Assembly (NCBI GenBank): GCA_963820525.1
Contig: CAWGAA010000002.1
Span: 654,535 to 718,534, forward strand
Reading direction: 5' to 3'
Source: an uncultured Spirochaetota bacterium
GTDB taxonomy: Bacteria; Spirochaetota; Spirochaetia; SZUA-6; Fen-1364
Length of the DNA: 64,000 bases
The position numbers and the translations under genes are program-made. Shown piece after piece: positions 1-9,280 of the stretch. Each line of letters opens with the position of its first letter. Positions within the stretch are counted from its first letter, which is position 1. The notes under the pieces are model-generated. The model worked only from the letters and a program-made list of their open reading frames with translations, ran no database searches and was not told the origin of the DNA.

Positions 1-17
1 AGGATGAATAGCTTCAC
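1..17 (-). CDS. 5' end of a gene running off the left edge (MKLFI...), controlled by the yybP-ykoY riboswitch; probably a Mn2+ exporter/transport protein
   Basis: Minus strand reads GGAGGatcacc GTG AAG CTA TTC ATC (SD + GTG at 17). Only 5 codons are visible; the product is inferred from the riboswitch alone. Confidence 0.5.
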
Positions 18-45
18 GGTGATCCTCCAAGATCCGAGGCGTTTT

Positions 46-151
46 GCTACGGTCTTGCCTATCCGTGGTGGATTGGAACAGCCGGAAACCCTTGGGTTCC
101 GTGTTGACGACTTGTTCTTCCGCTTTGGGCGGCAGGCTACTCCCCGCTGGC
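46..151 (-). promoter_or_regulatory. yybP-ykoY (manganese-sensing) riboswitch
   Basis: Minus strand carries the family motifs in order: GGGGAGTAGC (145-136), AGTCGTCAACAC (112-101), hairpin GGAACCC-AA-GGGTTTCC, CCGGCTGTT, GGCAAGACC (59-51). It lies directly upstream of an SD and start codon. Confidence 0.85.
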
Positions 152-156
152 ACCCG

Positions 157-185
157 ACGATACCACGCCTCGGCGCACGCCGCAA
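157..185 (-). promoter_or_regulatory. sigma70-type promoter for the riboswitch transcript
   Basis: TTGCGG-17 bp-TATCGT with an extended -10 TG; the predicted start site (~151) coincides with the riboswitch 5' end. Confidence 0.55.
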
Positions 186-308
186 GGGATTCGGATGATA
201 GTGTCCGGGAGCGGAGATCAAGCTCTATCCGTTGGACGTTATCGACAGGATCGCGGCCCAAGCGGGATTGGCGGTCAGGTCGGGCAACTTGATTCCGGGT
301 TATGATCT

Positions 309-1562
309 TTAATCCATCGGTATCCGAGCCTCAACGACAACGCCCGTCTCCACCGTGAAACCGGCGTCGCCGGAAGGCGCATTTTCATCCATGTCGCTTC
401 GGGCGAGGCGGACGTGCTTTTCCTTTTCCAGTGCGGCCAGCAGCTCCGGCTTCGGTATGCCGGCCCACTGATCCCTCTGGATCGTGGATGCCATCGCCCA
501 TGCGCCGTCAGGAAGGAGGCTCTCGACGAAGCTCCTGGGCGTGGCGTTCTCGCTTCCGTGGTGCCCGATCTTGTAGAACCGGGTTTGTTTTAAAATATCC
601 GCCCATCTTGGGTCTTTCATCGCGGTTGTCCACGTTCCCCATTGCGCATCGCCTGCGAAGAGCAGGTGCGTGCCCGCCATTTCCAGAACGAGCATAAGGC
701 TCGTCCCGTTGACGGCCTGATCGAGCGCCACCACGGCTTCGAGGTCCGAGAATTGCGTGGAGCTTCTGATTTTTTGCCTGTCCTCCTCGGGAAAGGATGC
801 ACCCGAAGGCTCTCCGTGCTCGATGAACTGTTCCGCGAATGGGGCCCTGGGCTTGCCCGTCTCGTCGAGCGCGGCGGCATTGAGCCGCAGGTAGGTTTCC
901 CCCTTCGGAGGCAGCATGTCGCGAATCACGTCCTTGTTCCGGGAAGGGCCCAGCGCGTGAATCGTAACGCCGGGAAGGGCCTTTGATTCAAAGCTGCGCT
1001 CCGCTGGATCCTCGGCCGGGAGGAATCGCCTCCGCGCGCGGCCCTTGAACCCCGAATGAAGGGTGCGCATCGCCTTCTCGTTGGTGAGCGCGTTGCTCAC
1101 CATCTCGGCAAACGCAGCCTCCACGGGATTTCCCGCCGCTGCTTTCGCCTGGAGAGAGGCGCTCAAGGCGAGGGCAAGCCTGCTCTGAGTCTCGCGGATC
1201 TCCCGCGCCTGCGGATCCGTCGGATCCTCGGTCCACGGAAGCCAGACCTCGCCTACCTCAACGCTTGCCCAGATGCCTTCCTCGAAACCCGAGACGTGGT
1301 CGCGATGCCGATGGGTGACCACCACGACGTCGATGCGAGGGACCCCGTCCGTCGAGGTGGCGTCCTTCACTATCCTGCTCACAACCTCGGACAGATTCCG
1401 TCCGGGAGCCGGGGCGATTGTCCCGCAGTCGAAGAGGATCCGTTTCACCCCGTCATCCGCCGGGACGGTGACCAGGAATGCATCGCCGAAGCCGACATTG
1501 TACATTCGTACCGAGACGTGACGGGAATCTGCGCCATGGGCTGAAATCGAATGTTTTGACAT
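309..1562 (-). CDS. MBL-fold metallo-hydrolase (ComEC/Rec2-like, stand-alone, cytoplasmic)
   Basis: VGFGDAFL start, THRHRDH (HxHxDH), NGTSL, GDAQ and KIGHHGSENAT motifs; no signal peptide; long helical insertion after HxHxDH. Confidence 0.85.
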   Translation of the reverse strand: MSKHSISAHGADSRHVSVRMYNVGFGDAFLVTVPADDGVKRILFDCGTIAPAPGRNLSEVVSRIVKDATSTDGVPRIDVVVVTHRHRDHVSGFEEGIWASVEVGEVWLPWTEDPTDPQAREIRETQSRLALALSASLQAKAAAGNPVEAAFAEMVSNALTNEKAMRTLHSGFKGRARRRFLPAEDPAERSFESKALPGVTIHALGPSRNKDVIRDMLPPKGETYLRLNAAALDETGKPRAPFAEQFIEHGEPSGASFPEEDRQKIRSSTQFSDLEAVVALDQAVNGTSLMLVLEMAGTHLLFAGDAQWGTWTTAMKDPRWADILKQTRFYKIGHHGSENATPRSFVESLLPDGAWAMASTIQRDQWAGIPKPELLAALEKEKHVRLARSDMDENAPSGDAGFTVETGVVVEARIPMD

Positions 1563-1564
1563 GG

Positions 1565-3433
1565 CTATCCTCGGTGCAGCGCGGAGAAGTTGGCGAGCGC
1601 CGCGATGCGGTTTGAGTGTTCATCCGGGCTCATGTAAGGGGTGTTCGCGTTCATCGCATCGGCCATGGCGACGAAACGCCGCTGCCGGCAGTATCTCGCG
1701 TCCGCGGCTTGAGCCATCTGGGCAATGCCGGAGCGATCGAAGGGCTTGGTGATCACGTAGCGGACCATGCCCTCGGCCGATGCAATGATGGTTGCTCCGC
1801 CCCGGAACGGCACACCGCCGAACCTCTGCCGCTCGCCGGCGTCCTGTTGGGCGAACTGCGCCACAAGCTCTATCAGCAGCCGGCCGTTGGGCGCCACGCG
1901 GAACACGGGATGGAATCCGCGAACCTGGATCTTTCGAGGCGGCGTGGGGTCGAACCCGAGCGCCTGTGCGTTCGCTTGAGCGTACTGGGCGAGCTGACGC
2001 GCGAACTCCTCGTTCAAGTCGAGCTGGAATTCCTCTCCCTGGTCCTCCGAGGTGTACTGTGCGGGTGAGGCGAGCGCGGAGGGAAGCGTGTAGCTGGACG
2101 GAGATTCCCACCCGCCCGTATCGAATGATCTGATGGCCTGGAAAAAAACGTCTTGGAGAAGGGCCACCGCCTCCGTTCCGATGGGTGGAAGAGGAGGGGA
2201 AGGAGTGGGCCAGAGCAGGGACTCCTCGGCCAGGGACGATACCCCATCGGGATAGATGCCGCGAAGGCGGAATGCCTCGATCATGGCGTCGCGCAGGTCG
2301 GGATCGTCCTGGATCAGCTCGTAATCCGCGGTGACAAGGGCGCGCAGGAAGTCTCCAAAGGTGACGTCCACGGGCGGCAGATACTCGAAGGCACGGATGC
2401 ACATATCCACCACGCGCTGGGCCGTCTTCGCCGCCTCGGAGGCGATCCTGTTCACGAGATCGGGATGGAGGTCACCTGAGGGAAGCTGGCCGGTGCCGCC
2501 GGTGGCGATGCGGATGAGGTCGTAGATCCGCTTCTGGTACGCCTTGTGATAGCCGTCGAACACCGCAGCCACAAGGACGGAGCCCCTGTCGTGCGGCTCC
2601 AGAAGCGAATCTGAAAGCTTCGTGCCGGGGGCATCGAGTGCGGAGCGCAGCGCCTTGCCGCTTCCTGTCGCGTAGCCGAACTGGCGGGCCAGCTCGATCA
2701 GAGGCTTCGCGGTTCTGATGTCGCTTCGCGTCCTCTGGATATGCTCGCGCAGGATGTCGGGGTAGGAGAAGTGCTGGAACAGGGCCACGATATCGGCGAA
2801 TCCCTCATGGAAGGCCAGGACATCCTCGTTGGTCGGCTCGAGGAAGAGCGGCCGCAGGCGGTCCACCAGGGCATGGGTCATCTCGTGGGTGATAATGTCG
2901 TGCGAGAGGCAGGTGAACACGGTCTGGCCCGGGAGGTTGGCCCCGGGATTGGCGGCGTCGGCATGGAAGTAGCCGAAGAGGATGGCGTTGAGGTCCCGCG
3001 AGTAGAAAGCGTTCGCCCCATAGAATGCATGGGGCAGGAGCCGCAGCTTCCTGTAGGATGAGGCTCTGCGGCCGACTCCGCTCATCCGCGTGGGATGGCC
3101 GAGGGCGCGATCGAAGTTCTCCAGCGTCTTCATCGCCACGGCGTATACCATCTGCTGGTGGAACCTCGGATCCGACTCCGAAGGCTCGAGGCCGCCCTGC
3201 ATGAGAACGGCGGCGTTGTTCAGGTCCACGGACTGGTAGAAGCAGTCGCGGGCCCCGTCGTAGTCGATGACCTCCAGCCGGGGGCCAACCGGCCCGGGCA
3301 CGAGGTTCTCGTTGGCCACGTCGATATGGGCGCGGTTTCCGTACGTGCGGCCGAGAAGGGGATCCGATGCGAAAATTTTAAGCGGGCGTCGGACGGCCTG
3401 GGCTACTCCCTGGATCGGGACCGGTCGCTGCAT
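1565..3433 (-). CDS. gluzincin zinc metallopeptidase (M4/thermolysin-like), no signal peptide
   Basis: NAFY, HEMTH (HExxH), downstream HEGFAD third ligand, EPHDRG; SD AAAGGAGG; stop codon is 2 nt from the MBL ATG. Confidence 0.8.
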   Translation of the reverse strand: MQRPVPIQGVAQAVRRPLKIFASDPLLGRTYGNRAHIDVANENLVPGPVGPRLEVIDYDGARDCFYQSVDLNNAAVLMQGGLEPSESDPRFHQQMVYAVAMKTLENFDRALGHPTRMSGVGRRASSYRKLRLLPHAFYGANAFYSRDLNAILFGYFHADAANPGANLPGQTVFTCLSHDIITHEMTHALVDRLRPLFLEPTNEDVLAFHEGFADIVALFQHFSYPDILREHIQRTRSDIRTAKPLIELARQFGYATGSGKALRSALDAPGTKLSDSLLEPHDRGSVLVAAVFDGYHKAYQKRIYDLIRIATGGTGQLPSGDLHPDLVNRIASEAAKTAQRVVDMCIRAFEYLPPVDVTFGDFLRALVTADYELIQDDPDLRDAMIEAFRLRGIYPDGVSSLAEESLLWPTPSPPLPPIGTEAVALLQDVFFQAIRSFDTGGWESPSSYTLPSALASPAQYTSEDQGEEFQLDLNEEFARQLAQYAQANAQALGFDPTPPRKIQVRGFHPVFRVAPNGRLLIELVAQFAQQDAGERQRFGGVPFRGGATIIASAEGMVRYVITKPFDRSGIAQMAQAADARYCRQRRFVAMADAMNANTPYMSPDEHSNRIAALANFSALHRG

Positions 3434-3577
3434 GGCCGTGCCTCCTTTAAACCTTTTCTATCGAACTTTCGCTCGGAGCATACCAACAAACGGGAAAAAG
3501 CGAAAGAGGCCATGAGTGAATTGAGGGATCTGCCGCCGCCTGGTATACTCCCCCGGTGTGAAAGCGGGGTGAATGCC

Positions 3578-4219
3578 ATGAAAAACGGTCTCAAACGTTT
3601 ATTCGCTTCAGGCGTGCTCCAGACGGGATGGATCAACGCAGCAGCCTGCGTCGTGCTTGCCGTCGGCGTATATTTCTCCAGCACGATCTATACGGGGCTG
3701 AACCATGGCCCGGCCGTGCTCCACCTTCAAACGGCCATCGACAGGGCTCTTCCCGTGGTACCCATCTTCGTCATTCCCTACGTCTCCCTGGAGCCCTATA
3801 TCTATTTCAGCCTTGTTGTATTTCTCATATTCCGCACGCGAACCTTTCAATCAGCGTGCCTGGCCATGATCGTGACATTCTTCGTAAGCTACTTCTTCTA
3901 CTACTTCCTCCAGACCGAGGTGATTCGACCGGTCTTGACCGCCAACGATATGCTCACCCGCATGATCCGGGACGTGTATGCCGGGGACAACCCGTTCAAC
4001 GATTTTCCCAGCCTCCATACCTCGACATCCACGATCATCGCCATCCACTGGTTCCGCCTGGACCGGCGTCTGGGCATCGTGGCCGCCGCGTGGACTGCGC
4101 TCATCGTGGCCTCCACGGTTCTCGTCAAGCAGCATTACATCGCGGACCTCGGAGCCGGCCTCCTGCTCGCCTTTGCCGCTTCGCTTCTTTTCATGAGGCT
4201 GCTGCCGCAGAAGCGCTGA
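3578..4219 (+). CDS. PAP2-superfamily membrane phosphatase/phosphotransferase (Aur1/IPC synthase-like)
   Basis: Several TM segments, NDFPSLH and STVLVKQHYIAD motifs. Start trimmed to ATG 3578 because the upstream part of the ORF overlaps the peptidase. Confidence 0.8.
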   Translation: MKNGLKRLFASGVLQTGWINAAACVVLAVGVYFSSTIYTGLNHGPAVLHLQTAIDRALPVVPIFVIPYVSLEPYIYFSLVVFLIFRTRTFQSACLAMIVTFFVSYFFYYFLQTEVIRPVLTANDMLTRMIRDVYAGDNPFNDFPSLHTSTSTIIAIHWFRLDRRLGIVAAAWTALIVASTVLVKQHYIADLGAGLLLAFAASLLFMRLLPQKR

Positions 4220-4374
4220 GCGCCGCGCGCTCGAAACGCGCTCGTTTCGACGGCGGGCGGCTCCGCGCACCTGGAGCGCGCCCTTTCTAGCCGCGCCCGC
4301 GCCCCTGGGCGCGAGGGCTCCAACCTCGTTTGCCTTCCCATCCCGCCATGGGTACCTTGTTCACGGAGGAACCA

Positions 4375-4920
4375 ATGAGAGCATACTCTTCTGTTGCGGC
4401 GGATACGGCTGAAAAACCGTCCACGACATTCTATGATTTTTCCCTATACGACATCGATGGCAAACCCGTTTCGCTGGCCCACTATCGGGGCAAGGTGCTC
4501 CTTGTCGTCAACGTTGCCAGCAAGTGCGGGTTCACGTATCAATACGCGGCCCTCGAGGAGCTGTACAAAAAATACCGCGGGAGCGGGTTCGAGGTTCTGG
4601 GCTTCCCCTCCAACGACTTCCTCGGCCAGGAACCGGGGAGCAACGAGCAGATCAAGGAGTTCTGCAGCCTTTCCTTCGGAGTGAGCTTTCCCCTGTTCGC
4701 CAAGATCTCGGTCCGGGGAAGAAAGATCCATCCCTTCTATCGATTTCTCACGGATAAGAAGGAGAACCCGGGCTTCGGCGGGCCGATAAGCTGGAACTTC
4801 AACAAGTTCCTCATCGACCGCGACGGGCGGATAGTTGCCCGCTTCGGCAGCCGTGACGAACCCATGAGCGAGAAAGTCACGGCGATGGTTGAGCAGTCCC
4901 TGGAACCGGAGATCGGCTGA
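4375..4920 (+). CDS. glutathione peroxidase family protein (Cys type)
   Basis: VNVASKCGFT, LGFPSNDF and WNFNKFL motifs; SD GGAGGA before ATG 4375. Confidence 0.92.
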   Translation: MRAYSSVAADTAEKPSTTFYDFSLYDIDGKPVSLAHYRGKVLLVVNVASKCGFTYQYAALEELYKKYRGSGFEVLGFPSNDFLGQEPGSNEQIKEFCSLSFGVSFPLFAKISVRGRKIHPFYRFLTDKKENPGFGGPISWNFNKFLIDRDGRIVARFGSRDEPMSEKVTAMVEQSLEPEIG

Positions 4921-4922
4921 TC

Positions 4923-5858
4923 ATGGCCAAAGACACAATGAAGGCAATCCGTTTCCACGAGTATGGGGGGCCCGAGAAGCTCGTTCTTGATGATATCGAG
5001 CGCCCTCACCCGAAGACGAATGAAGTTCTGGTCAGGATGAAGTCCGCCGGAGTCAATCCGGCGGACTGGAAGATTCGCGCGGGCTACATGAAGGCCTTCC
5101 GCCCTGTGGCGCTTCCCTGGATTCCGGGGCTCGACGGCGCGGGAGTCGTGGAGGAAGCGGGCCCCGACGTGACGGCTTTCAAGCGCGGCCAGGGGGTTTT
5201 CGGCGTGATAACGGGGAGCTATGCCGAGTATGCCATCGCCCAGGCAAGCGACCTGGTTGAAAAGCCTCTCGATATCTCCTTCGACCAGGGGGCGGCAGTC
5301 CCCATTGGCGCGCTCACGGCCTGGAATGCAGTCGTGGAAGTGGCGAAGCCGCAGCCCGGCCAACGCGTGCTGGTCCTCGGAGCGGCGGGCGGCGTCGGGC
5401 TTTTCGCCGTCCAGCTTGCGCGCTGGCTTGGTGCGCATGTCATCGGCACTTCTTCCAAGGTGAACCTGGAGTTCATCCGTTCCCTGGGCGCCGAAACGGC
5501 GATCGACTACCAGGAGGCTCCCCTGGAAAAGCAGGCTCGGGAGATCGACGTGGTGATCGACACCGTCGGGGGAGAGAGCTTCGAGAGATCCTGGCTGACG
5601 CTGAAAAAGGGCGGGCTTGCGGTCACCGTCGTTGCCCAGATCCCGGAGGAGAAGGCGGGAGAGCTTGGCATTCGCGCCCAGAGGGCCGGAAGGGCATCGC
5701 CGGAGAACCTGGCGAAGATCGCCGAGCTCATTGGGACGAAGACCATCCGGCCCGTCGTAGGCCGCGTGCTCCGGGGCTTGGAGCAGGCCAGGAGCGCCCA
5801 CGAGCTCAGCCAGTCCGGGCACGGCCGCGGGAGGATCGTTCTCCACATCGCCGATTAG
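4923..5858 (+). CDS. NADP-dependent oxidoreductase (quinone oxidoreductase/zeta-crystallin MDR family)
   Basis: GVNPADWKIR, GAAGGVG nucleotide-binding motif, C-terminal GHGRGRIVL. Confidence 0.9.
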   Translation: MAKDTMKAIRFHEYGGPEKLVLDDIERPHPKTNEVLVRMKSAGVNPADWKIRAGYMKAFRPVALPWIPGLDGAGVVEEAGPDVTAFKRGQGVFGVITGSYAEYAIAQASDLVEKPLDISFDQGAAVPIGALTAWNAVVEVAKPQPGQRVLVLGAAGGVGLFAVQLARWLGAHVIGTSSKVNLEFIRSLGAETAIDYQEAPLEKQAREIDVVIDTVGGESFERSWLTLKKGGLAVTVVAQIPEEKAGELGIRAQRAGRASPENLAKIAELIGTKTIRPVVGRVLRGLEQARSAHELSQSGHGRGRIVLHIAD

Positions 5859-5913
5859 GGACGAGCCCCTTCTTCGGGAGGCGACGCGAGCGGACGCGTG
5901 AAACGCGCCCGGC

Positions 5914-7089
5914 CTACCCCTTGCCGTTGAGGAAGGTTTCAGTGAACTTCTCCAGGGAGAAGTGCCGCTCGAAAAGCTCCTCGATCTCCGCGATTTTCCC
6001 CGTGTCGTAGATCTGGAGCTTTGTGTTCTCGAAGATATCGAGGATCTTTTGCTCGGCCGATGCCGTGTCGTCCTTGACCAGGACGGTGGGAAGCCCCGCC
6101 TCCAGGATTTCTTTTCTCACCCCGGCGTCCACGACGTCGGTCTTGCCGCAGGTGAGCACGAGCCCCCCGATGGCGATCCGTTTCTCGGCCCTCACGTAGG
6201 CTTCAATGATCATCCTTGCCCGCCTGCGCGAGCTTGCAGCCAGGATCACCACGTCACCGGCGCGCAGGTAGTCCTCGATCTTGAAGGCGTGGGCGTCCAT
6301 CGAGATTATCCGGGTCTGGCCGCAGGGTATCTCCCAGGCCGGGGAATCGGTTTTCTCCAGCGGCTCCGCCCCGCGGTACTTTTCCGCGATCGCACGCATG
6401 GAAGGCTTTCCCAGGTCTTCGATTTCCGGCAGGAACCCCAGGATCCGAAGCGGGCCGCCAAAAGCCCCATACTTGCTGTTGAGAAGGTCCTCCGTGACGA
6501 GATCTTCCATGCTCTTGATCTTGTCCGGGATGACCTTGTTGAAGATGATTCCCCGTACCCTGCTCTTCTTGAAGAGGAAGTAGGAGAGATCTACCTCCAG
6601 CATGTCCAGCGCCTTGCCGAGCCCTCCGCCCGAAAGGAAGATCACGCTCGCGTTCATCAGGTTGGCCACATCCGCGTTGGAAAGCCCCACGATGCCCCCG
6701 ACTCCCGGGTGGCCGGTCCCCTCGGCGATGATCACCTCCTTGTTCGAGAGGCTTTCCAGGCAGGAGAGGATGTCGTCCTGCAGCTTGCGCGTTTCGCGCC
6801 TGTGGTCGTCGGATCTGAGGTATTCCTGGGTGAACCCGGAGCCGAGCTTCACGGGAGAGACGGCCCGGGGGTCGAGGTCGGGAATGCCGGAGAACTTCCT
6901 GAGGATGTTGGCGTCCTTGTCCACGAGGGTTCCGTCGGGCATCGTCACAAGCTCGTGGCCCACAGGTTTGATGTAACCGATGCGGGAGGGGTCGATGAGC
7001 TTTCGGAGGCGGGAGATGATGCCGAGGCTGGTCACCGTCTTCCCTGCGTGCTGGCGGAAGCCCGTGATGTAGATGACGGTCGGTGCCAT
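5914..7089 (-). CDS. stand-alone BioD-like (AAA_26) + DRTGG protein, homologous to the N-terminal part of class II phosphotransacetylase
   Basis: ITGFRQHAGKT P-loop, IGYIKPVG, AEGTGHPGVG, GIIFNKV and a DRTGG-like C-terminal region; 1 nt downstream of the cimA stop. Confidence 0.8.
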   Translation of the reverse strand: MAPTVIYITGFRQHAGKTVTSLGIISRLRKLIDPSRIGYIKPVGHELVTMPDGTLVDKDANILRKFSGIPDLDPRAVSPVKLGSGFTQEYLRSDDHRRETRKLQDDILSCLESLSNKEVIIAEGTGHPGVGGIVGLSNADVANLMNASVIFLSGGGLGKALDMLEVDLSYFLFKKSRVRGIIFNKVIPDKIKSMEDLVTEDLLNSKYGAFGGPLRILGFLPEIEDLGKPSMRAIAEKYRGAEPLEKTDSPAWEIPCGQTRIISMDAHAFKIEDYLRAGDVVILAASSRRRARMIIEAYVRAEKRIAIGGLVLTCGKTDVVDAGVRKEILEAGLPTVLVKDDTASAEQKILDIFENTKLQIYDTGKIAEIEELFERHFSLEKFTETFLNGKG

Positions 7090-7090
7090 G

Positions 7091-8680
7091 CTATCTCCGC
7101 TTGGTCTCCTTGGGGTCGACCTTGTTGTTGAAGTAATACTCGCTCCCGTCGACCAGTGCCTGCCAGGAGGCCTCGATGATGTTCTCCGAAACCCCGACCG
7201 TGTCCCATGTCTCCTCGCCGTCCGAGGTCGTGATGAATACCCGTACCTTGGCCGCCGTGGCCTTTTCCGGGTTGAGAACGCGCACGCGGTAATCTGTGAG
7301 CTTGATCTTCTTGAGGAACGGGTGCAGCGGGAGCAGGGCGTCGCGCAGGGCCCCGTTGAGGGTGTCCACGGGACCGTCCCCGACGGCCGCGCCCATCAGA
7401 ACGTCCCCGTTGACGCGGATGAAGATCCTCCCCACCGTCTTTGCCGGCGTGTCTCCGGACTTGTAGTTCTCCAGATGGTAGTTGCTGAGGTTCAAAAGCG
7501 GTTTGTACAGCCCCAGGGCTTTTCTGATGATTAAGTCGAAGGATGCCTCCGCCGCCTCGTACTCGTAGCCCTCGGCCTCCAGGCGCTTCAGCTCCGCCAG
7601 GAGCCGGGAGACGACCTCCGAGGACTTGTCGAAATCACCGTACTTGGAAAGCTTCTTCACGATCGTCGACTTTCCGGCGAGCTCCGAGAGCAGGATCTTG
7701 CGCTCGTTGCCCACGAGGGCGCCGTCGATGTGCTCCATGAGATGCGGCGCCTTGCTTATCACGTCGGCGTGCTGGCCAGCCTTGTGGGAGAAGGCGGCGT
7801 CGCCCACGTAGGGCTGACGCTTGTCCGGGATGATGTTCGCCTTCTCCGCAACGAAGCGGGAGAGGGAGGTGAGGTGCTTGAGGTTGGGCGCGGCGAAGAT
7901 GGGGCGCTTCTGCTTGAGGCTGATGTTGGGGATGAGAACGCAGAGGTTGGCATTTCCGCAGCGCTCTCCCCAGCCATTGACGGTGCCCTGGACGTGAATG
8001 GCGCCGCAGTCGATTGCGGTGAGCGAATTGGCCACGGCGGTGCCGCAGTCGTTGTGGAAGTGGACTCCCAGGGGCCCCAGCTTCTGGCGCGGAAGCTCTC
8101 CGATGATCCGCGACACCTCAGAGGGGAGGGTTCCGCCGTTGGTGTCGCACAGAACGAGGCAGTCGGCGCCCGCTTCGGTGCCTACCTGGAGCACCTTCCT
8201 CGCGTACGCGGGATCTTCCCTGTAGCCGTCGAAGAAGTGCTCCAGGTCGAAGATCACCTCGCGTCCCGCTTTTTTCAGGGCGGTGATGCTGTCGAAGATC
8301 ATGGTGAGGTTCTCGTCCGGCGTCGTCGCAAGGACATCCCGCACGTGGGCGGTCCACGACTTGCCCACAACGGCCACGGCGGGCGTTTCGGCTTCAAGAA
8401 GCGCCAGCACCTGGGGATCGTTGGCAGCCGTGCCGCCGGGCCTGCGGGTGGATCCGAAGGCGGCGATCCGCGCATGGCGCAGGCTCTCCTTGCGCAGCCT
8501 CTGGAAGAACTCGGCCTCCTTCCTGTTGGACAGGGGGAACCCCCCCTCGATGTAGTCGATGCCGAACTCATCCATCGTCAAGGCGATCTGGATCTTGTCG
8601 TCCAGAGTGTAGTTGATGTCCTGGCCCTGCATCCCGTCCCGGAGTGTCGTGTCGTAGATGATGATCCGCTCGCCGCTCAT
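7091..8680 (-). CDS. cimA: (R)-citramalate synthase
   Basis: YDTTLRDGMQ, FDLEHFFDGY, HFHND, GERCGN, AFSHKAG and TVGVSENII motifs; real start MSGERII at 8680 overlaps the leuD stop (ATGA). Confidence 0.9.
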   Translation of the reverse strand: MSGERIIIYDTTLRDGMQGQDINYTLDDKIQIALTMDEFGIDYIEGGFPLSNRKEAEFFQRLRKESLRHARIAAFGSTRRPGGTAANDPQVLALLEAETPAVAVVGKSWTAHVRDVLATTPDENLTMIFDSITALKKAGREVIFDLEHFFDGYREDPAYARKVLQVGTEAGADCLVLCDTNGGTLPSEVSRIIGELPRQKLGPLGVHFHNDCGTAVANSLTAIDCGAIHVQGTVNGWGERCGNANLCVLIPNISLKQKRPIFAAPNLKHLTSLSRFVAEKANIIPDKRQPYVGDAAFSHKAGQHADVISKAPHLMEHIDGALVGNERKILLSELAGKSTIVKKLSKYGDFDKSSEVVSRLLAELKRLEAEGYEYEAAEASFDLIIRKALGLYKPLLNLSNYHLENYKSGDTPAKTVGRIFIRVNGDVLMGAAVGDGPVDTLNGALRDALLPLHPFLKKIKLTDYRVRVLNPEKATAAKVRVFITTSDGEETWDTVGVSENIIEASWQALVDGSEYYFNNKVDPKETKRR

Positions 8681-9276
8681 GGCATGCCCACCCTTCGGCC
8701 CGCGGCGGATGTTGAGCTGGCCGTGCCCCCGGTGGATGCATCGGCGCCCGCGGGGGATGCGGGCGTGCTCGCGGATGGAGTGCCGGCAAAGCCGTATTTG
8801 GCCTTCAGGTAAGGTATCCATCCGCCATTGCGCACGATCTCCTCCATGAAGGCGGGAAACGGCGTCACCTCGAGCTTCTCGCCTGAAGCGAGTGTGATGA
8901 AGCCTTCTTTTAGATTCACGTCGATGCGCTCTCCTTCCTTCACTTTCGAAGATATTCCCCGGCATTCCACGATGGGAAGCCCGATGTTGATGGCATTGCG
9001 GAAGAAGATGCGGGCAAAACTTTCCGCGATCACGCAGGAAATGCCCGCAGCCTTTATGGCGATGGGAGCGTGCTCCCGCGAGGAGCCGCAGCCGAAGTTC
9101 CTGCCCGCCGCCATGATGCCGCCCTTCTGGACGTTCTTGCCGAAGCCCGCCCGCACGTCCTCCATGAGGTTGGCGGCAAGCACCGCCGGGTCCGTGGTGT
9201 TGAGGTAGCGCGCGGCGATGATCTCGTCCGTGTTCACGTCGTTTCCAAAGAGATATACCGTTCCTTCGTATCGCAT
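8677..9276 (-). CDS. leuD: 3-isopropylmalate dehydratase small subunit
   Basis: DVNTDEII, NFGCGSSREHA, SFARIFFRN. Confidence 0.95.
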   Translation of the reverse strand: MRYEGTVYLFGNDVNTDEIIAARYLNTTDPAVLAANLMEDVRAGFGKNVQKGGIMAAGRNFGCGSSREHAPIAIKAAGISCVIAESFARIFFRNAINIGLPIVECRGISSKVKEGERIDVNLKEGFITLASGEKLEVTPFPAFMEEIVRNGGWIPYLKAKYGFAGTPSASTPASPAGADASTGGTASSTSAAGRRVGMP

Positions 9277-9280
9277 CCCT

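Noticed and set aside
309..1562. MBL protein as the missing C-terminal domain of ComEC (29373-30863)
   Set aside because: It is 28 kb away, has no export signal and is tightly coupled to the peptidase gene instead.
4375..4920. Selenocysteine glutathione peroxidase
   Set aside because: The active-site codon is TGC (Cys), with no in-frame TGA.
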